Part shown: in pieces, positions 20,047 through 29,281 of the stretch
How positions within the stretch are numbered: the first letter of the stretch is position 1
How the letters are laid out: each line of letters starts with the position of its first letter
Translations under genes and position numbers: made by a program
Notes under the pieces: generated by a model
The model's database searches: none
What the model was told of the DNA's origin: nothing
The model's input: only the letters and a program-made list of their open reading frames with translations
IMG/VR virus record: IMGVR_UViG_3300030376_005322
Length of the DNA: 64,000 nt
Strand: one strand, 5' to 3'
Source of the DNA: an uncultured virus (IMG/VR IMGVR_UViG_3300030376_005322)
Taxonomy: Duplodnaviria; Heunggongvirae; Uroviricota; Caudoviricetes

Positions 20047-21780
20047 CTAACCGATTACTACAACTTTATACGCATTAGAGGAAGGAGCGGAAGCAAATGT
20101 AATAGTTACTTCATTTGTGCTTGTTCTATCGACATCGCAAACTACTGTTTCTTTGCTTGAAGCGTCATAAACCTCAACCACTACGTCATCAGTTCCAAGG
20201 CTGTGTGTAACCGCTATAGAAGTAGCGGACCCATCTCCGATAGTTCCAGTGACTTTTGTAGTAGCAGAAAGAGCAGTTCTTGCTGCAGCCGCAGTCGAAG
20301 CACCAGTACCACCATTTGCTATCGCCAACTGTCCAGTGACAGCATCTGATTGAGCGAGTGCTAATGCACCGAACTCAGGTGTTCCACCAGAACCGGCTTG
20401 AAGAACTTCGTACTGACTTCCAGCCGCAGTTACTTGAACAGCGCTAGCGCCGTTACCGTAAAGAATACCTTTAGAAGTAAATGTTGATACGCCAGTACCA
20501 CCGTAAGCAACTCCAATGTCGGTTGCTTCCCAAGTACCAGTAGCGATCGTTCCTAAAGTAGTGATCGAAGATTGGCCAGTGTAAGAAGCGCTTATTTGAA
20601 CATCGTTAGCGTTTACTGTTATGCCAGTGCCAGCGCCAACAGCGAAAGTAGTTCCAGTCTTTGTAAGACCTGAACCAGCAGTCATTTCACCAGCCTCAGA
20701 GAACTGAGTCCAAGTGATCGCTGTTGTTCCTATTGTTGCAGTTCCGTTGGTTGTTATTACAAAGCCTCTGTCTGCGCCAGCAGTACCTTGTTCAACGAAT
20801 ACGAACGATCCGCCAGATAGGACACCGTTTGCTGAACCATTTGCGTCAGTAGTACGGGTAAGAACCCAGTTAGTTGAACCGTTACCAACAGTTGTTACTG
20901 TATAAATACCGTTGTGAGCGCCACTAGATTGGTCTTTGATAAGAACACGATCGTCTGCTGAAACCGAAACACCGTCAAGAGTAAGTGCTGCTTGAGAGCC
21001 GCTGTTTGTAAGAGTCGCCCCTACGCCAGATGACCCATTGCTATATGAAGCAGAAAGGTTCGCTGTCGAAGCCACCACTACAGAAGCCTTTACGTCGAGA
21101 CCTGAACGAGCAGCATCAACATAGCGTTTGTTCGCTGCGTCAGTGTCTGCTGTTGGGTCTGCGAGGCTTGTTATCTTTTGACTGTTAGCACTTACAGAAC
21201 CAGTTGGGGCTGCCATCTGGTCGAGTCTGCTTGTGCGTACTTCAGTATCGAAATCAGAAATAGTTGAAGCGGCCTGTGAGCCAGTGTGATTTGCACGGGC
21301 TAAGTAGTAGTCGCCTTCTTCGTAGGTTCCTGAACCATCTGATGTTTCTAAATGACCTGCATTAGTTGCGGACGAAGCATTACCAGTCAGGGCCGCTGTT
21401 ATTGTCCCAGCGGTAAAGTTGCCTGACCCATCTCGTTTAACAATCGTTGACGCTGTATTAGCGTTAGTTGCAGCATTTACAAGAGTGTAATGAGCCGAAG
21501 ACATCGACCCTGCTGCTGATCCGCTAGAAGCACTAATTGAAATTGCTGGAGTTGCACCACCTGAAGAAACTATAGGAGAGGTTCCTGTTACAGAAGTAAC
21601 AGTTCCTGCAGCAGTTAAATCAACCCAAGCGCTACCAGCACGAACATACAAGTTATTGTCTGTCGTGTTGAAATAGATTTGCCCTTCAACAGGGGAACCC
21701 GGAGCAGAGGATAAATTCTCCACTCTCGCTTTGACAAGTTGGTTCTGGTTTAAGTCTACGTTTACTAAATACTTAGGCAC
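20047..21780 (-). CDS. tail fibre/virion structural protein
   Basis: Gly/Ser/Thr-rich; 'DAANKRYVD', 'DRVLIKDQ....NGIY', 'NGGTGASTAAAARTAL' fibre motifs. GTG start after GGAG. Confidence 0.8.
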   Translation of the reverse strand: MPKYLVNVDLNQNQLVKARVENLSSAPGSPVEGQIYFNTTDNNLYVRAGSAWVDLTAAGTVTSVTGTSPIVSSGGATPAISISASSGSAAGSMSSAHYTLVNAATNANTASTIVKRDGSGNFTAGTITAALTGNASSATNAGHLETSDGSGTYEEGDYYLARANHTGSQAASTISDFDTEVRTSRLDQMAAPTGSVSANSQKITSLADPTADTDAANKRYVDAARSGLDVKASVVVASTANLSASYSNGSSGVGATLTNSGSQAALTLDGVSVSADDRVLIKDQSSGAHNGIYTVTTVGNGSTNWVLTRTTDANGSANGVLSGGSFVFVEQGTAGADRGFVITTNGTATIGTTAITWTQFSEAGEMTAGSGLTKTGTTFAVGAGTGITVNANDVQISASYTGQSSITTLGTIATGTWEATDIGVAYGGTGVSTFTSKGILYGNGASAVQVTAAGSQYEVLQAGSGGTPEFGALALAQSDAVTGQLAIANGGTGASTAAAARTALSATTKVTGTIGDGSATSIAVTHSLGTDDVVVEVYDASSKETVVCDVDRTSTNEVTITFASAPSSNAYKVVVIG

Positions 21781-21810
21781 TGGTTTCTCCAATAAAAAAT
21801 AAAAGTCCTA

Positions 21811-22494
21811 CTATGAAAGATACGCCTTTCCACCGAAGGATTGTAAGAAGGTCACCGTAAGAGCGTTATCACTGGTGTATGTAACATCACCAAGGCATTG
21901 GTTCTCACTGGTATCAACAACACTTACATTCGGGCGGAAACCTAAATTATGCGTAATCGACCATGTAGTCGCTGGGGATTGTTGTGAAAAGGTGTATTTT
22001 GAATTAGCCCGCACCTCTTCAATCGCGGCCTGAACATTTGTTGAAGAAATTTCATCAGTAGCAGAAAAAGGCACTGTTGAGGCAGTAGCGCCAATTTTTG
22101 AATCAACATACGAAGTAGTTGCGTAAGCGTAAGAAGCCACAGGTGTGTGCACCGGGGTGACATCAGCAAGATTTAATGTTGGTGTACCCCCAACGGAAGG
22201 TGAATTTTTTGGGACAGCAATGTTGTATTTATTCTCTGCTGCGTCAGTTATCCGTTCCGTTACCTCGTAAGTAACTCCGCTAGGGGTAGTAGTTGTATCG
22301 TCAGTAGCAGTAAGAGTGACACTAAAAACCCCTGAACTGTTCAAAGTCCCTGTAACGCGAGTAGGGGCAACGACCTGATTGTTAGTCGAATCAGTCATCG
22401 CATGGGAAGCGACAAAAGATACTGTCCCTGCTGCCGCAGTAGTACCATCGCTTCTTTTATATGTACCTGTCACTGTCACTGAAGTAAAAGCCAT
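21811..22494 (-). CDS. minor tail/virion protein
   Basis: Thr-rich; C-terminal 'W.ITHNLG..P.V.V.D' beta domain; start ATG 22494 coupled to upstream stop. Confidence 0.7.
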   Translation of the reverse strand: MAFTSVTVTGTYKRSDGTTAAAGTVSFVASHAMTDSTNNQVVAPTRVTGTLNSSGVFSVTLTATDDTTTTPSGVTYEVTERITDAAENKYNIAVPKNSPSVGGTPTLNLADVTPVHTPVASYAYATTSYVDSKIGATASTVPFSATDEISSTNVQAAIEEVRANSKYTFSQQSPATTWSITHNLGFRPNVSVVDTSENQCLGDVTYTSDNALTVTFLQSFGGKAYLS

Positions 22495-22883
22495 TACGCC
22501 GCCTGTGTTATTCTTACCGTCACTGCGTGATGGCATAAGTTTTGATCTATGGTTGCAAACCTTACAACCCCGTCTACCCTGCAGCCGACAATATTTTTAT
22601 CAGCGCCAGTTAAATCCGCTGAATCAAGCGCAGCGAAAAGACTGTCTATAAGAGTTACGTCTTCGGCATCAAGTTTTTGAAACAAGTTGACTTGTACAAG
22701 TCTTGTGCTCATCGAAATTTTTGAGTCGCCTAAAAAAGCGCCCACCCTCGATATATCATCATCGAAAGTGATAAACGGCATCGCTGTAGAATCTGGAGCG
22801 AAGTCACGGAAAACCTTGGTTGTCACATTAGACAAGTCGGCGGCAACTATTTTTGTTCGTAATGCAGATGCAACGGTAGCCAT
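22494..22883 (-). CDS. tail terminator-like protein
   Basis: 'AP.....PFITF' motif; position after HK97 gp10-like gene. Confidence 0.7.
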   Translation of the reverse strand: MATVASALRTKIVAADLSNVTTKVFRDFAPDSTAMPFITFDDDISRVGAFLGDSKISMSTRLVQVNLFQKLDAEDVTLIDSLFAALDSADLTGADKNIVGCRVDGVVRFATIDQNLCHHAVTVRITQAA

Positions 22884-23479
22884 TAGAGTCCCATCGTTGA
22901 GCCGAGAGCCGCTGCTCTGCGGTTCAAAGTATTGACTTCTATAGTTGGAGCCATCATAGCGATTGCTCTATTTCTATGAAGAGTAAAATACCTTCTAGTT
23001 ACGACTGTGACCCTTTGATTTCGCGCCATCTCTACTGCAACTGGACGCCAATTCGGTCGTATTGGAGTCTCATCTGAACCGAATTCATGGGCGGCGGCAT
23101 ATTCAGAATCAGCCCAAATGCTTATATTAACTGCGCCAGATTTTTGAAACTTCCCGCCTGCGCCTCTGCTTGGGACTTTACTAACTCTAAAATCAACACT
23201 GTCTCGGAGCATCCCAGTCTGCAAGGCAGGAGGCGTACCCCTAGCAGAAGACATAACTTTCTGTTTAGTCACAGGGTGCGTGTACATTCTACCGCCACCG
23301 CCGGATCGCGAATATCCTGCTTGAATCTGTTCTTTCCATTCTATGCCTATCACCCCACCGGCTTGCTTTAATCCTCGGACACCGGCTTTGAAGCCGCGAA
23401 GAGCATTAAGCGTTACCGCTTGCGCTAATGCCGCATGCTGCATCTGTTTGTATGCTTTAGTTGCTCCAGCGATATTCAT
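22883..23479 (-). CDS. HK97 gp10-like tail completion protein
   Basis: 'PPALQTGMLRDS' and 'YAAAHEFG....PIRP.WRP' motifs. Confidence 0.75.
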   Translation of the reverse strand: MNIAGATKAYKQMQHAALAQAVTLNALRGFKAGVRGLKQAGGVIGIEWKEQIQAGYSRSGGGGRMYTHPVTKQKVMSSARGTPPALQTGMLRDSVDFRVSKVPSRGAGGKFQKSGAVNISIWADSEYAAAHEFGSDETPIRPNWRPVAVEMARNQRVTVVTRRYFTLHRNRAIAMMAPTIEVNTLNRRAAALGSTMGL

Positions 23480-23802
23480 TCCGCCACCCCTCTTAAAGCG
23501 AGTCTTAAATGAATGCGCGTGTACTGAATGCTGTCAATGTCATACGTCCCATTTATAGTGCTATCAATACCTGCAACAACTATTTGATCGTTGTCAGTAA
23601 TTGTTGTACCTAAAGGAACAAGAGCGACACAAGTTTCTCGCTGAGCGAACTGCCCACGATCATCTGGGGTCAATGTGTCCACAGCCCTCATGGTGACAGA
23701 ACCTTTAACAGTCGAATCACTATTGGAGTAAGAAACTCGTCCTTCAGTGTCAGTAGTAGCACTTCTCTGCCGGACAGTTAGGGAATGCCGCGCCCCCCGC
23801 AT
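23476..23802 (-). CDS. head-closure/head-tail adaptor
   Basis: 108 aa, beta-rich, syntenic position. Confidence 0.65.
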   Translation of the reverse strand: MRGARHSLTVRQRSATTDTEGRVSYSNSDSTVKGSVTMRAVDTLTPDDRGQFAQRETCVALVPLGTTITDNDQIVVAGIDSTINGTYDIDSIQYTRIHLRLALRGVAE

Positions 23803-24362
23803 TAGAAAATTCCTCTACGGAAAGTACGCCTTACATGCTTCAAATCGTCGTCAGTAAAACCACCCTGCCCGTTATTGGCCAGTGTGTAACTTGTTCCTTC
23901 AACCGAAAGGCTTCTCAACCCTTGAGCGTCAGCAAGAACAGCCGACATTTCCCTAACAGAAGCACGAAGCATCACTGCCTCAAGTTTCTGAGTATCAGAA
24001 GCAGACATACCTGCCGTGTAAGTAATAAGAGCACTAAGCCCCTGTGAAACTACACGCAAGTTATCTATGCCCCACGGGTAAATATCGTAATTGCTTACCG
24101 TTTCAGTGGTTTCGGAACCTAACTCCCCGATCTTTATTGCCGAGACAGCAGTAACAGGATATTCCTTTAAGAAAATTTGCGATTGCCCGATTTGAAGCAA
24201 GTGTGCTTCTTCGGTAACGGTTACTCCTGACAACGAACGATTAAGGATCAAAGAAAGTTCACGCTCTAAAGCGCCAATAATTGAAGACGCTGCCGTCTGT
24301 TCACCAGAGTCAAACGTCTTATTCATGTATTCTTGTAAATCGAGATAAGTTATGACAGCCAT
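23802..24362 (-). CDS. head-tail connector (gp6/gp15-like)
   Basis: 'L.EYPVTAV.AI' and 'ITYTAG' motifs; syntenic position. Confidence 0.75.
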   Translation of the reverse strand: MAVITYLDLQEYMNKTFDSGEQTAASSIIGALERELSLILNRSLSGVTVTEEAHLLQIGQSQIFLKEYPVTAVSAIKIGELGSETTETVSNYDIYPWGIDNLRVVSQGLSALITYTAGMSASDTQKLEAVMLRASVREMSAVLADAQGLRSLSVEGTSYTLANNGQGGFTDDDLKHVRRTFRRGIF

Positions 24363-24397
24363 ATCACTAGCCTACGCTTAAAGATGCCCGTAATCGG

Positions 24398-24679
24398 TTA
24401 GGCTTCGCCCTCCTCTAACATACGTTTGGCCCTCATAATCAGAAGGCGTTCTCGGGTGCTCTTCCCACCCCAAATTCCATAACGTTCTTTATTGTTGAAC
24501 GCATACTCTAAGCATTGAAGCACAACTGGGCACTGAGTGCAAATTTCTTTGGCCGCTCTTAAAGATTGAGTGTCACCGGGCGAAGGAAAAAATATTGACG
24601 GGTCTTCAACCCCGGCGCAAGCCCCTTTTTTCTGCCACTCTGGCCTCTCTACCCAAAAGGGTGCTCCGTTTTCCTGCAT
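24398..24679 (-). CDS. whiB: WhiB-family transcription factor
   Basis: W...AC...FFP...AK.IC..CPV..QCLEYA.....GIWGG....ER: four Cys plus GIWGG turn. Confidence 0.95.
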   Translation of the reverse strand: MQENGAPFWVERPEWQKKGACAGVEDPSIFFPSPGDTQSLRAAKEICTQCPVVLQCLEYAFNNKERYGIWGGKSTRERLLIMRAKRMLEEGEA

Positions 24680-24723
24680 TTATATAGTTTCCCACATAAA
24701 TACGGAGGCAGTGGACTTATAGG

Positions 24724-24861
24724 TTATTCAGGGCCTATATTTCTCCACTTGTTGCACTTCTTGCAAGTTTCCCATTTCCATTTTTTATCTTGAGGCCATG
24801 TCTCTCGATACTCAACATGGTGAGATTTCCAAGAGTGGTCACATTGTTGCTTGTTCGCCAT
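24724..24861 (-). CDS. small Cys/His protein (45 aa)
   Basis: Read by hand: MANKQQCDHSW...CKKCNKW...; TAATG coupling to upstream gene. Confidence 0.5.
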   Translation of the reverse strand: MANKQQCDHSWKSHHVEYRETWPQDKKWKWETCKKCNKWRNIGPE

Positions 24862-25400
24862 TATTCTCCCCAACAATATTCGGAAGGATACCAGTGAGAA
24901 GTCCCTTGACTCGTTTCATATAAAAGCCAACTAGCGATATAAACATTATTTTCTGGGTCCATAATGTCGCCGCCGGGAATTCCCGCTTTCGTGCTTCGTT
25001 CTTCCCAAAACTTTGGAAGATGCTGGAACCAGCCTGCTGCCCCACTTGATCTATTGACAGCATCAGAAGTTATGTCTTCTGGGAACCCAGTAGATTCACA
25101 AAACGCTACACGCAAAGCCCATTGCCTATCTTCTGGTTCAAAATACTTATCAACTAAATCCTGAAGAGTTAATGGAGGTTCAGGTAATTCAACTTTTGAT
25201 ATTTCGTTTTCAACCCAATTCATATCTAATTGAGATTCAGGGAAACTAATAGTTGTAGTACTTGTTTGCACCGGGACTGCGACTGGCTCGTCACGAACCA
25301 CCCGAGTGTAACCAGCCCGTTTAGATTCAGTCGGTGCTGTCTGACTCTGAGTCAGAGGAAACAGTGCCGTCAAGATTGCTAATATTGCTAGTGTCTTCAT
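24861..25400 (-). CDS. secreted lytic transglycosylase/SLT-like protein
   Basis: Signal peptide; 'VAFCES...AVN.SSGAAGWFQ....W...DPENN' lysozyme-like motifs. Confidence 0.8.
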   Translation of the reverse strand: MKTLAILAILTALFPLTQSQTAPTESKRAGYTRVVRDEPVAVPVQTSTTTISFPESQLDMNWVENEISKVELPEPPLTLQDLVDKYFEPEDRQWALRVAFCESTGFPEDITSDAVNRSSGAAGWFQHLPKFWEERSTKAGIPGGDIMDPENNVYIASWLLYETSQGTSHWYPSEYCWGE

Positions 25401-25740
25401 CGTTTGGTCCTAACCTATCTGACAGCCCTAGTTCAAGGGCTTCAGCAGGATTGTCATGTTTCCAAGTGTGGTGCGCTCTGCATAGGACTTGGCAATTATC
25501 GGGGTCTAACCAATCTCCGCCTCGTCCTCTTCCGATGATCTCATCAACATCTAGAGGACCCCAGCATTGGATATGTCCGAGTATTTCTTTAGCAGTACAA
25601 GTATACCTGTCCCGCTTTAGAACTTCCTCCCTCACACGTGTACGTTTGTTCAAATCTTTCCGCCGCTTATCGCTCATTGGCTTAAGCGGAGTCTTTCGAC
25701 GCAGGGGAGTATTCCGTCGTAACGGTCCTGATCGTTTCAA
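25327..25740 (-). CDS. HNH-like endonuclease
   Basis: 'VL.RD.YTC...C.G.LDVDE....RGG.....NCQVLCRAHH...H'; MKR.PLRR..PL N-terminus. Confidence 0.75.
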   Translation of the reverse strand: MKRSGPLRRNTPLRRKTPLKPMSDKRRKDLNKRTRVREEVLKRDRYTCTAKEILGHIQCWGPLDVDEIIGRGRGGDWLDPDNCQVLCRAHHTWKHDNPAEALELGLSDRLGPNDEDTSNISNLDGTVSSDSESDSTD

Positions 25741-25750
25741 AAGAGGAAAC

Positions 25751-25972
25751 CTAGAATAGGCGTTTGTTTAAGGTAGGGACCTGATCTTGACGATCAGTAG
25801 GTCCGCTAACTTTAGATTCCATTGGAGGAACCTGTGCTGATTCAACGCCATGTTTTTTGGCGAAATCTGGAGAAACTCTTTCACCTTTACGGCCTACAAG
25901 TTTCTTCGCTCCGTCCTTTTCTTCATAAATGTCAGAAGTAAGGATAATCGTTTTCATAAGGTCAACTGTCAT
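25751..25972 (-). CDS. hypothetical protein
   Basis: 73 aa, leaderless TAGACT-6nt-ATG. Confidence 0.6.
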   Translation of the reverse strand: MTVDLMKTIILTSDIYEEKDGAKKLVGRKGERVSPDFAKKHGVESAQVPPMESKVSGPTDRQDQVPTLNKRLF

Positions 25973-26015
25973 ACAGGCAGTCTACACATCTAAAAAGAAA
26001 AGTGCGAGAGTGAAA

Positions 26016-26054
26016 ACTAAAAAATCGGGCCACCGAAGTGACCCGATTTTTAGT
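26016..26054 (-). terminator. intrinsic terminator after major capsid gene (bidirectional)
   Basis: AAAAAATCGGG..CCCGATTTTT stem flanked by A and T runs. Confidence 0.75.
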
Positions 26055-26084
26055 CGCCCTCCTAAAAGGTGGACGCTAAGTCGA

Positions 26085-27353
26085 TTACAGACCGGTTACG
26101 GTTGCGAAAGACTCTGGGCGCTTCACAGCGAGAGCAATTCTTTGCTCTGCGAGAATTGCCACTGCATTACGTACGAAGTAATCGCTATGGTTCTCGCTAA
26201 CGCGTACAGAACCTTCCATGCGATCGTACAGAGTTGCACCTATGCCGAAAGCACCAAGCAAGGCTGTGTTTTCCGTAATTGCTGAAGTTTCAACAACTGG
26301 AAGACGCCAGATTCTTGCTTCACTACCCATAGCAATGGAAGCAGCCATCATGTGACGGTTGTCTCCATCTTTTTCCAACTCTAAACCTTCAAGGTCATTA
26401 GGGTGGATAATGATGCCGGTTGGCTCATAGTAGGCAAGAGCGACTTTGGTGATACCTTTACGTATCGCGTCGATGCCTGTGAGTGAACCTTTGGCTTGGG
26501 TGCTGATACCACTTGTTTGAGTAATACCAGTTAGGTTAGTGCCTGAACCGTTTCCGTTAAGGATTTGATCATCCTCAACCAAACGAAGGCCATAAAGCAA
26601 CTCGTTGTCGATAATTCCACGAAGTGCGGCTTCATCGTCAAGAGTGTTGCGGTGTGCAACTTCATAGTGACCAATAGTGCGTACTGGTGCTTGCGTACCA
26701 GCGATGGTCAAAGTTGATGCTGCCATTGAAGTGAAGGTTTCAGGAGAACCTGAACGTTCGCTTACAGTTGCTGCGTTGTTGGTAAATCCGGTTACACGGA
26801 AGTACTCAACTAGGTTTGTATTGGTTTGTTGAACATTGAACAAGTCACGAATACGCATTGCACGATGTGCACGTTCTACAATCGCATCACGTTGCGGAGT
26901 TCCAAATTGACTTGGAGTACCGGAAGGAAGCGTTGTATAAACGTCTTTACGCTGCCACATTCCACCAAGGTCTCCCTTGAAGTTATATGGTGCGTTCATG
27001 GTGTAACCATTACGGCCACCATCTAATGCTTTGTATTCGTCACTATCTACAAATGCTTGACCAATGGACGAAGGTACGCTTTTGGCTTCAAATGCTGGAG
27101 CGGCTTCTGGAGCAGGAGTTTCCTCTGCCCAATCTGCCATTTCCTTTTGACCTTCTAAAGCCTCAATTTGTTCACGTAGTGAACGAGCCTTTCCAAGGTT
27201 TTCGCGGAATGAAGTCAGGTGCTTGGCCTCGACCTGAATATCTGGTCCACCTTCTTCACGATTTGCTTCTGCGTGAGCAACGATTGTGTCGTTGTCTGCA
27301 AGAACATCGCGAAGGGTAGACTTTAGTCCCTTAAGGTGGGAATCTACTGCCAT
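26085..27353 (-). CDS. major capsid protein, HK97 fold
   Basis: 'EDDQILNGNGSGTNLTGI', 'IWRLPVVET', 'F.RN.VAILAEQR..LAVKRPESF'; start ATG 27353 after GAGGT. Confidence 0.95.
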   Translation of the reverse strand: MAVDSHLKGLKSTLRDVLADNDTIVAHAEANREEGGPDIQVEAKHLTSFRENLGKARSLREQIEALEGQKEMADWAEETPAPEAAPAFEAKSVPSSIGQAFVDSDEYKALDGGRNGYTMNAPYNFKGDLGGMWQRKDVYTTLPSGTPSQFGTPQRDAIVERAHRAMRIRDLFNVQQTNTNLVEYFRVTGFTNNAATVSERSGSPETFTSMAASTLTIAGTQAPVRTIGHYEVAHRNTLDDEAALRGIIDNELLYGLRLVEDDQILNGNGSGTNLTGITQTSGISTQAKGSLTGIDAIRKGITKVALAYYEPTGIIIHPNDLEGLELEKDGDNRHMMAASIAMGSEARIWRLPVVETSAITENTALLGAFGIGATLYDRMEGSVRVSENHSDYFVRNAVAILAEQRIALAVKRPESFATVTGL

Positions 27354-27489
27354 TGTTTTACCTCTTTGGTAATAGTGGGTGTACAAGTTTACACAAGGTA
27401 AGCACCTCGCTGAATAGTATTCTTACACACTTATGGTGTAAGCCTATGTGAGGGGTGTGACATTTGCCACATACATTAAGTTGACCGGT

Positions 27490-27882
27490 TCATTCGTTCA
27501 GGTCAAGATCGCCTTCGTCATCAAAGTCATCAAAGCCTTCATCTTCTTTATCTTCCCAAGTTTCAAAACGGCTGGCGTGCTTCATAGGATCGAAAACAAC
27601 TGTTCCGCCATAAGTGACTCTGCTTGGCCAGTGAAGACAACTCAACTCTTTCGATATGCGGGCAAGCGCTGCCGCCGCAACCATAGGAGGAACCGAACCA
27701 AGATCAACATGATTAGGTTCAGAAGGATCGTCAAAAGAAAGGACGATAGTTATTACCGGGAATTCAGAAGCCTGCGGAATCTCAGAATCGAACCCCTCAT
27801 ATTCTTCAGGCTTTGTAGTACTCGCCTCTGAAGATGGCCTCGCCTCTGGAGATTGGAACGAGTTCGACATCAAAATTACCAT
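27490..27882 (-). CDS. hypothetical acidic protein
   Basis: 130-aa ORF overlapping end of phosphoesterase gene. Confidence 0.55.
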   Translation of the reverse strand: MVILMSNSFQSPEARPSSEASTTKPEEYEGFDSEIPQASEFPVITIVLSFDDPSEPNHVDLGSVPPMVAAAALARISKELSCLHWPSRVTYGGTVVFDPMKHASRFETWEDKEDEGFDDFDDEGDLDLNE

Positions 27883-28981
27883 TACCTTCTTCGTAAGTTA
27901 CTATTGCAAAACCTTGTTGCCAGTTTTCCACTGCATTGACTGGTCTTCCGTGAGGGTCCGTAGAGCCCTTCACGCCGGGCACAGAACCGTCGATCCTACA
28001 AAGGCAACCGGGAGAAGCCGCAAGACTTCTTTTCGCTCCCTCGAAAGTTCTACGTGTTTTATGCTGTAACTCTATTCTGTGGATATGCCCATGAATGATG
28101 CTGGTCCGTTCATCATCTACAACCGCTTTAGCAGTCGAACCATTACTCCGCGTTATGTGACCGTGTATACATGCAAGGTTTTGGTTAATCCAATAAATCC
28201 CAGCAGGGTAACCGCCAACATATTCAACTTTTAGATGATCTTCGTCGAGTCTCAAAAGGAAAGGAACAGACAAAGCAGGCCAATCTTCTGGAACATCTGC
28301 ACGCTTCAAGTGAAGAGCGGCAGCCGTATTGTTAGTTACTGCCTTTTGTAACCTTCGATCATGGTTTCCTTCTACAAGGACTATGTGAGCATCAGGAGCG
28401 TTTGCTCTTTGCTCACATAAGAACCTATAACCTCTGTCGATAGAAGCCTGCGAAGTTTTAGCAAAAGCAGGTTCTTGTTCATACTTCCCAAATTCTGCGA
28501 AGTCGAGAAAGTCGCCCAAGTTTACTATCAGGTCAGGATCAAGTTCTCTGGTGATCTGCATAGCAACAGACATTGACTCTTCATGGTGGAAAGGGTCCAT
28601 TGTCCCATCTTCATACATGCGGAACCCGATCTGAGGATCAGGGAGAATGACTGCAGTCTTATATTTGCTCTTGGCTTTCTTTTGCTTTGGAGCAGGTTTA
28701 ATCGTTATAGGCGCTGCTTGTTGGATCGTTGGCCATTCAGGTCCTTCAGACCAAGCAGGACTAATAACAACAGAGACGCCACCAAGATCATGGATTTCGG
28801 CTTCGCCTTCTTCGTTCTTAGTTATCCCTTGCCATTCAGAGATGCGAACCTTTTCAATAGTTCCTATCTCTTCTGCCTCTATGCCTGATCTTTCTAGGAG
28901 ATCGGCTATTTTGCCTAATCTAGACTTTGCTAGGTCTTGCTTGAAATCCCCAGCGAGATCGGTTTTCTTTTTAGCGCTCAT
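27806..28981 (-). CDS. calcineurin-like metallophosphoesterase
   Basis: Motifs D-P-Q, GDFLD, GNHD, IHG, GHIHR. Confidence 0.85.
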   Translation of the reverse strand: MSAKKKTDLAGDFKQDLAKSRLGKIADLLERSGIEAEEIGTIEKVRISEWQGITKNEEGEAEIHDLGGVSVVISPAWSEGPEWPTIQQAAPITIKPAPKQKKAKSKYKTAVILPDPQIGFRMYEDGTMDPFHHEESMSVAMQITRELDPDLIVNLGDFLDFAEFGKYEQEPAFAKTSQASIDRGYRFLCEQRANAPDAHIVLVEGNHDRRLQKAVTNNTAAALHLKRADVPEDWPALSVPFLLRLDEDHLKVEYVGGYPAGIYWINQNLACIHGHITRSNGSTAKAVVDDERTSIIHGHIHRIELQHKTRRTFEGAKRSLAASPGCLCRIDGSVPGVKGSTDPHGRPVNAVENWQQGFAIVTYEEGNGNFDVELVPISRGEAIFRGEYYKA

Positions 28982-29205
28982 TTAGCGACATTCCTCATGC
29001 GCCAATTCTTAACGGCGTGCCAAGAAATCGGCCAACCCCGTTCAGACAAAACTTGAGATATTCTCTGGTTTTGTACACCTCTGTCGTTAAGTGCGGCTAA
29101 CAAAGATTGCTTGTCGTCGTCTTCCATAGAATCCATAATTTCATCTATGCGTAAACGCGGCGTTCTATTTGTTTGTCGCGACATTTCTGAATACAGGTCA
29201 CTCAT
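28978..29205 (-). CDS. small HTH-like protein
   Basis: 'ISQVL.ERGWPIS..AV.NWR'; coupled to phosphoesterase gene. Confidence 0.55.
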   Translation of the reverse strand: MSDLYSEMSRQTNRTPRLRIDEIMDSMEDDDKQSLLAALNDRGVQNQRISQVLSERGWPISWHAVKNWRMRNVAK

Positions 29206-29281
29206 GTGAACAGCCTTTCTAGTTGTCCACATCATTTTAACACACAACGCGTCCTACGTTGTGCGACCTATGGTTGTTCGG

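Noticed and set aside
2867..21780. Diversity-generating retroelement targeting tail fibres
   Set aside because: No reverse transcriptase and no long TR/VR pair with adenine-specific mismatches noticed.
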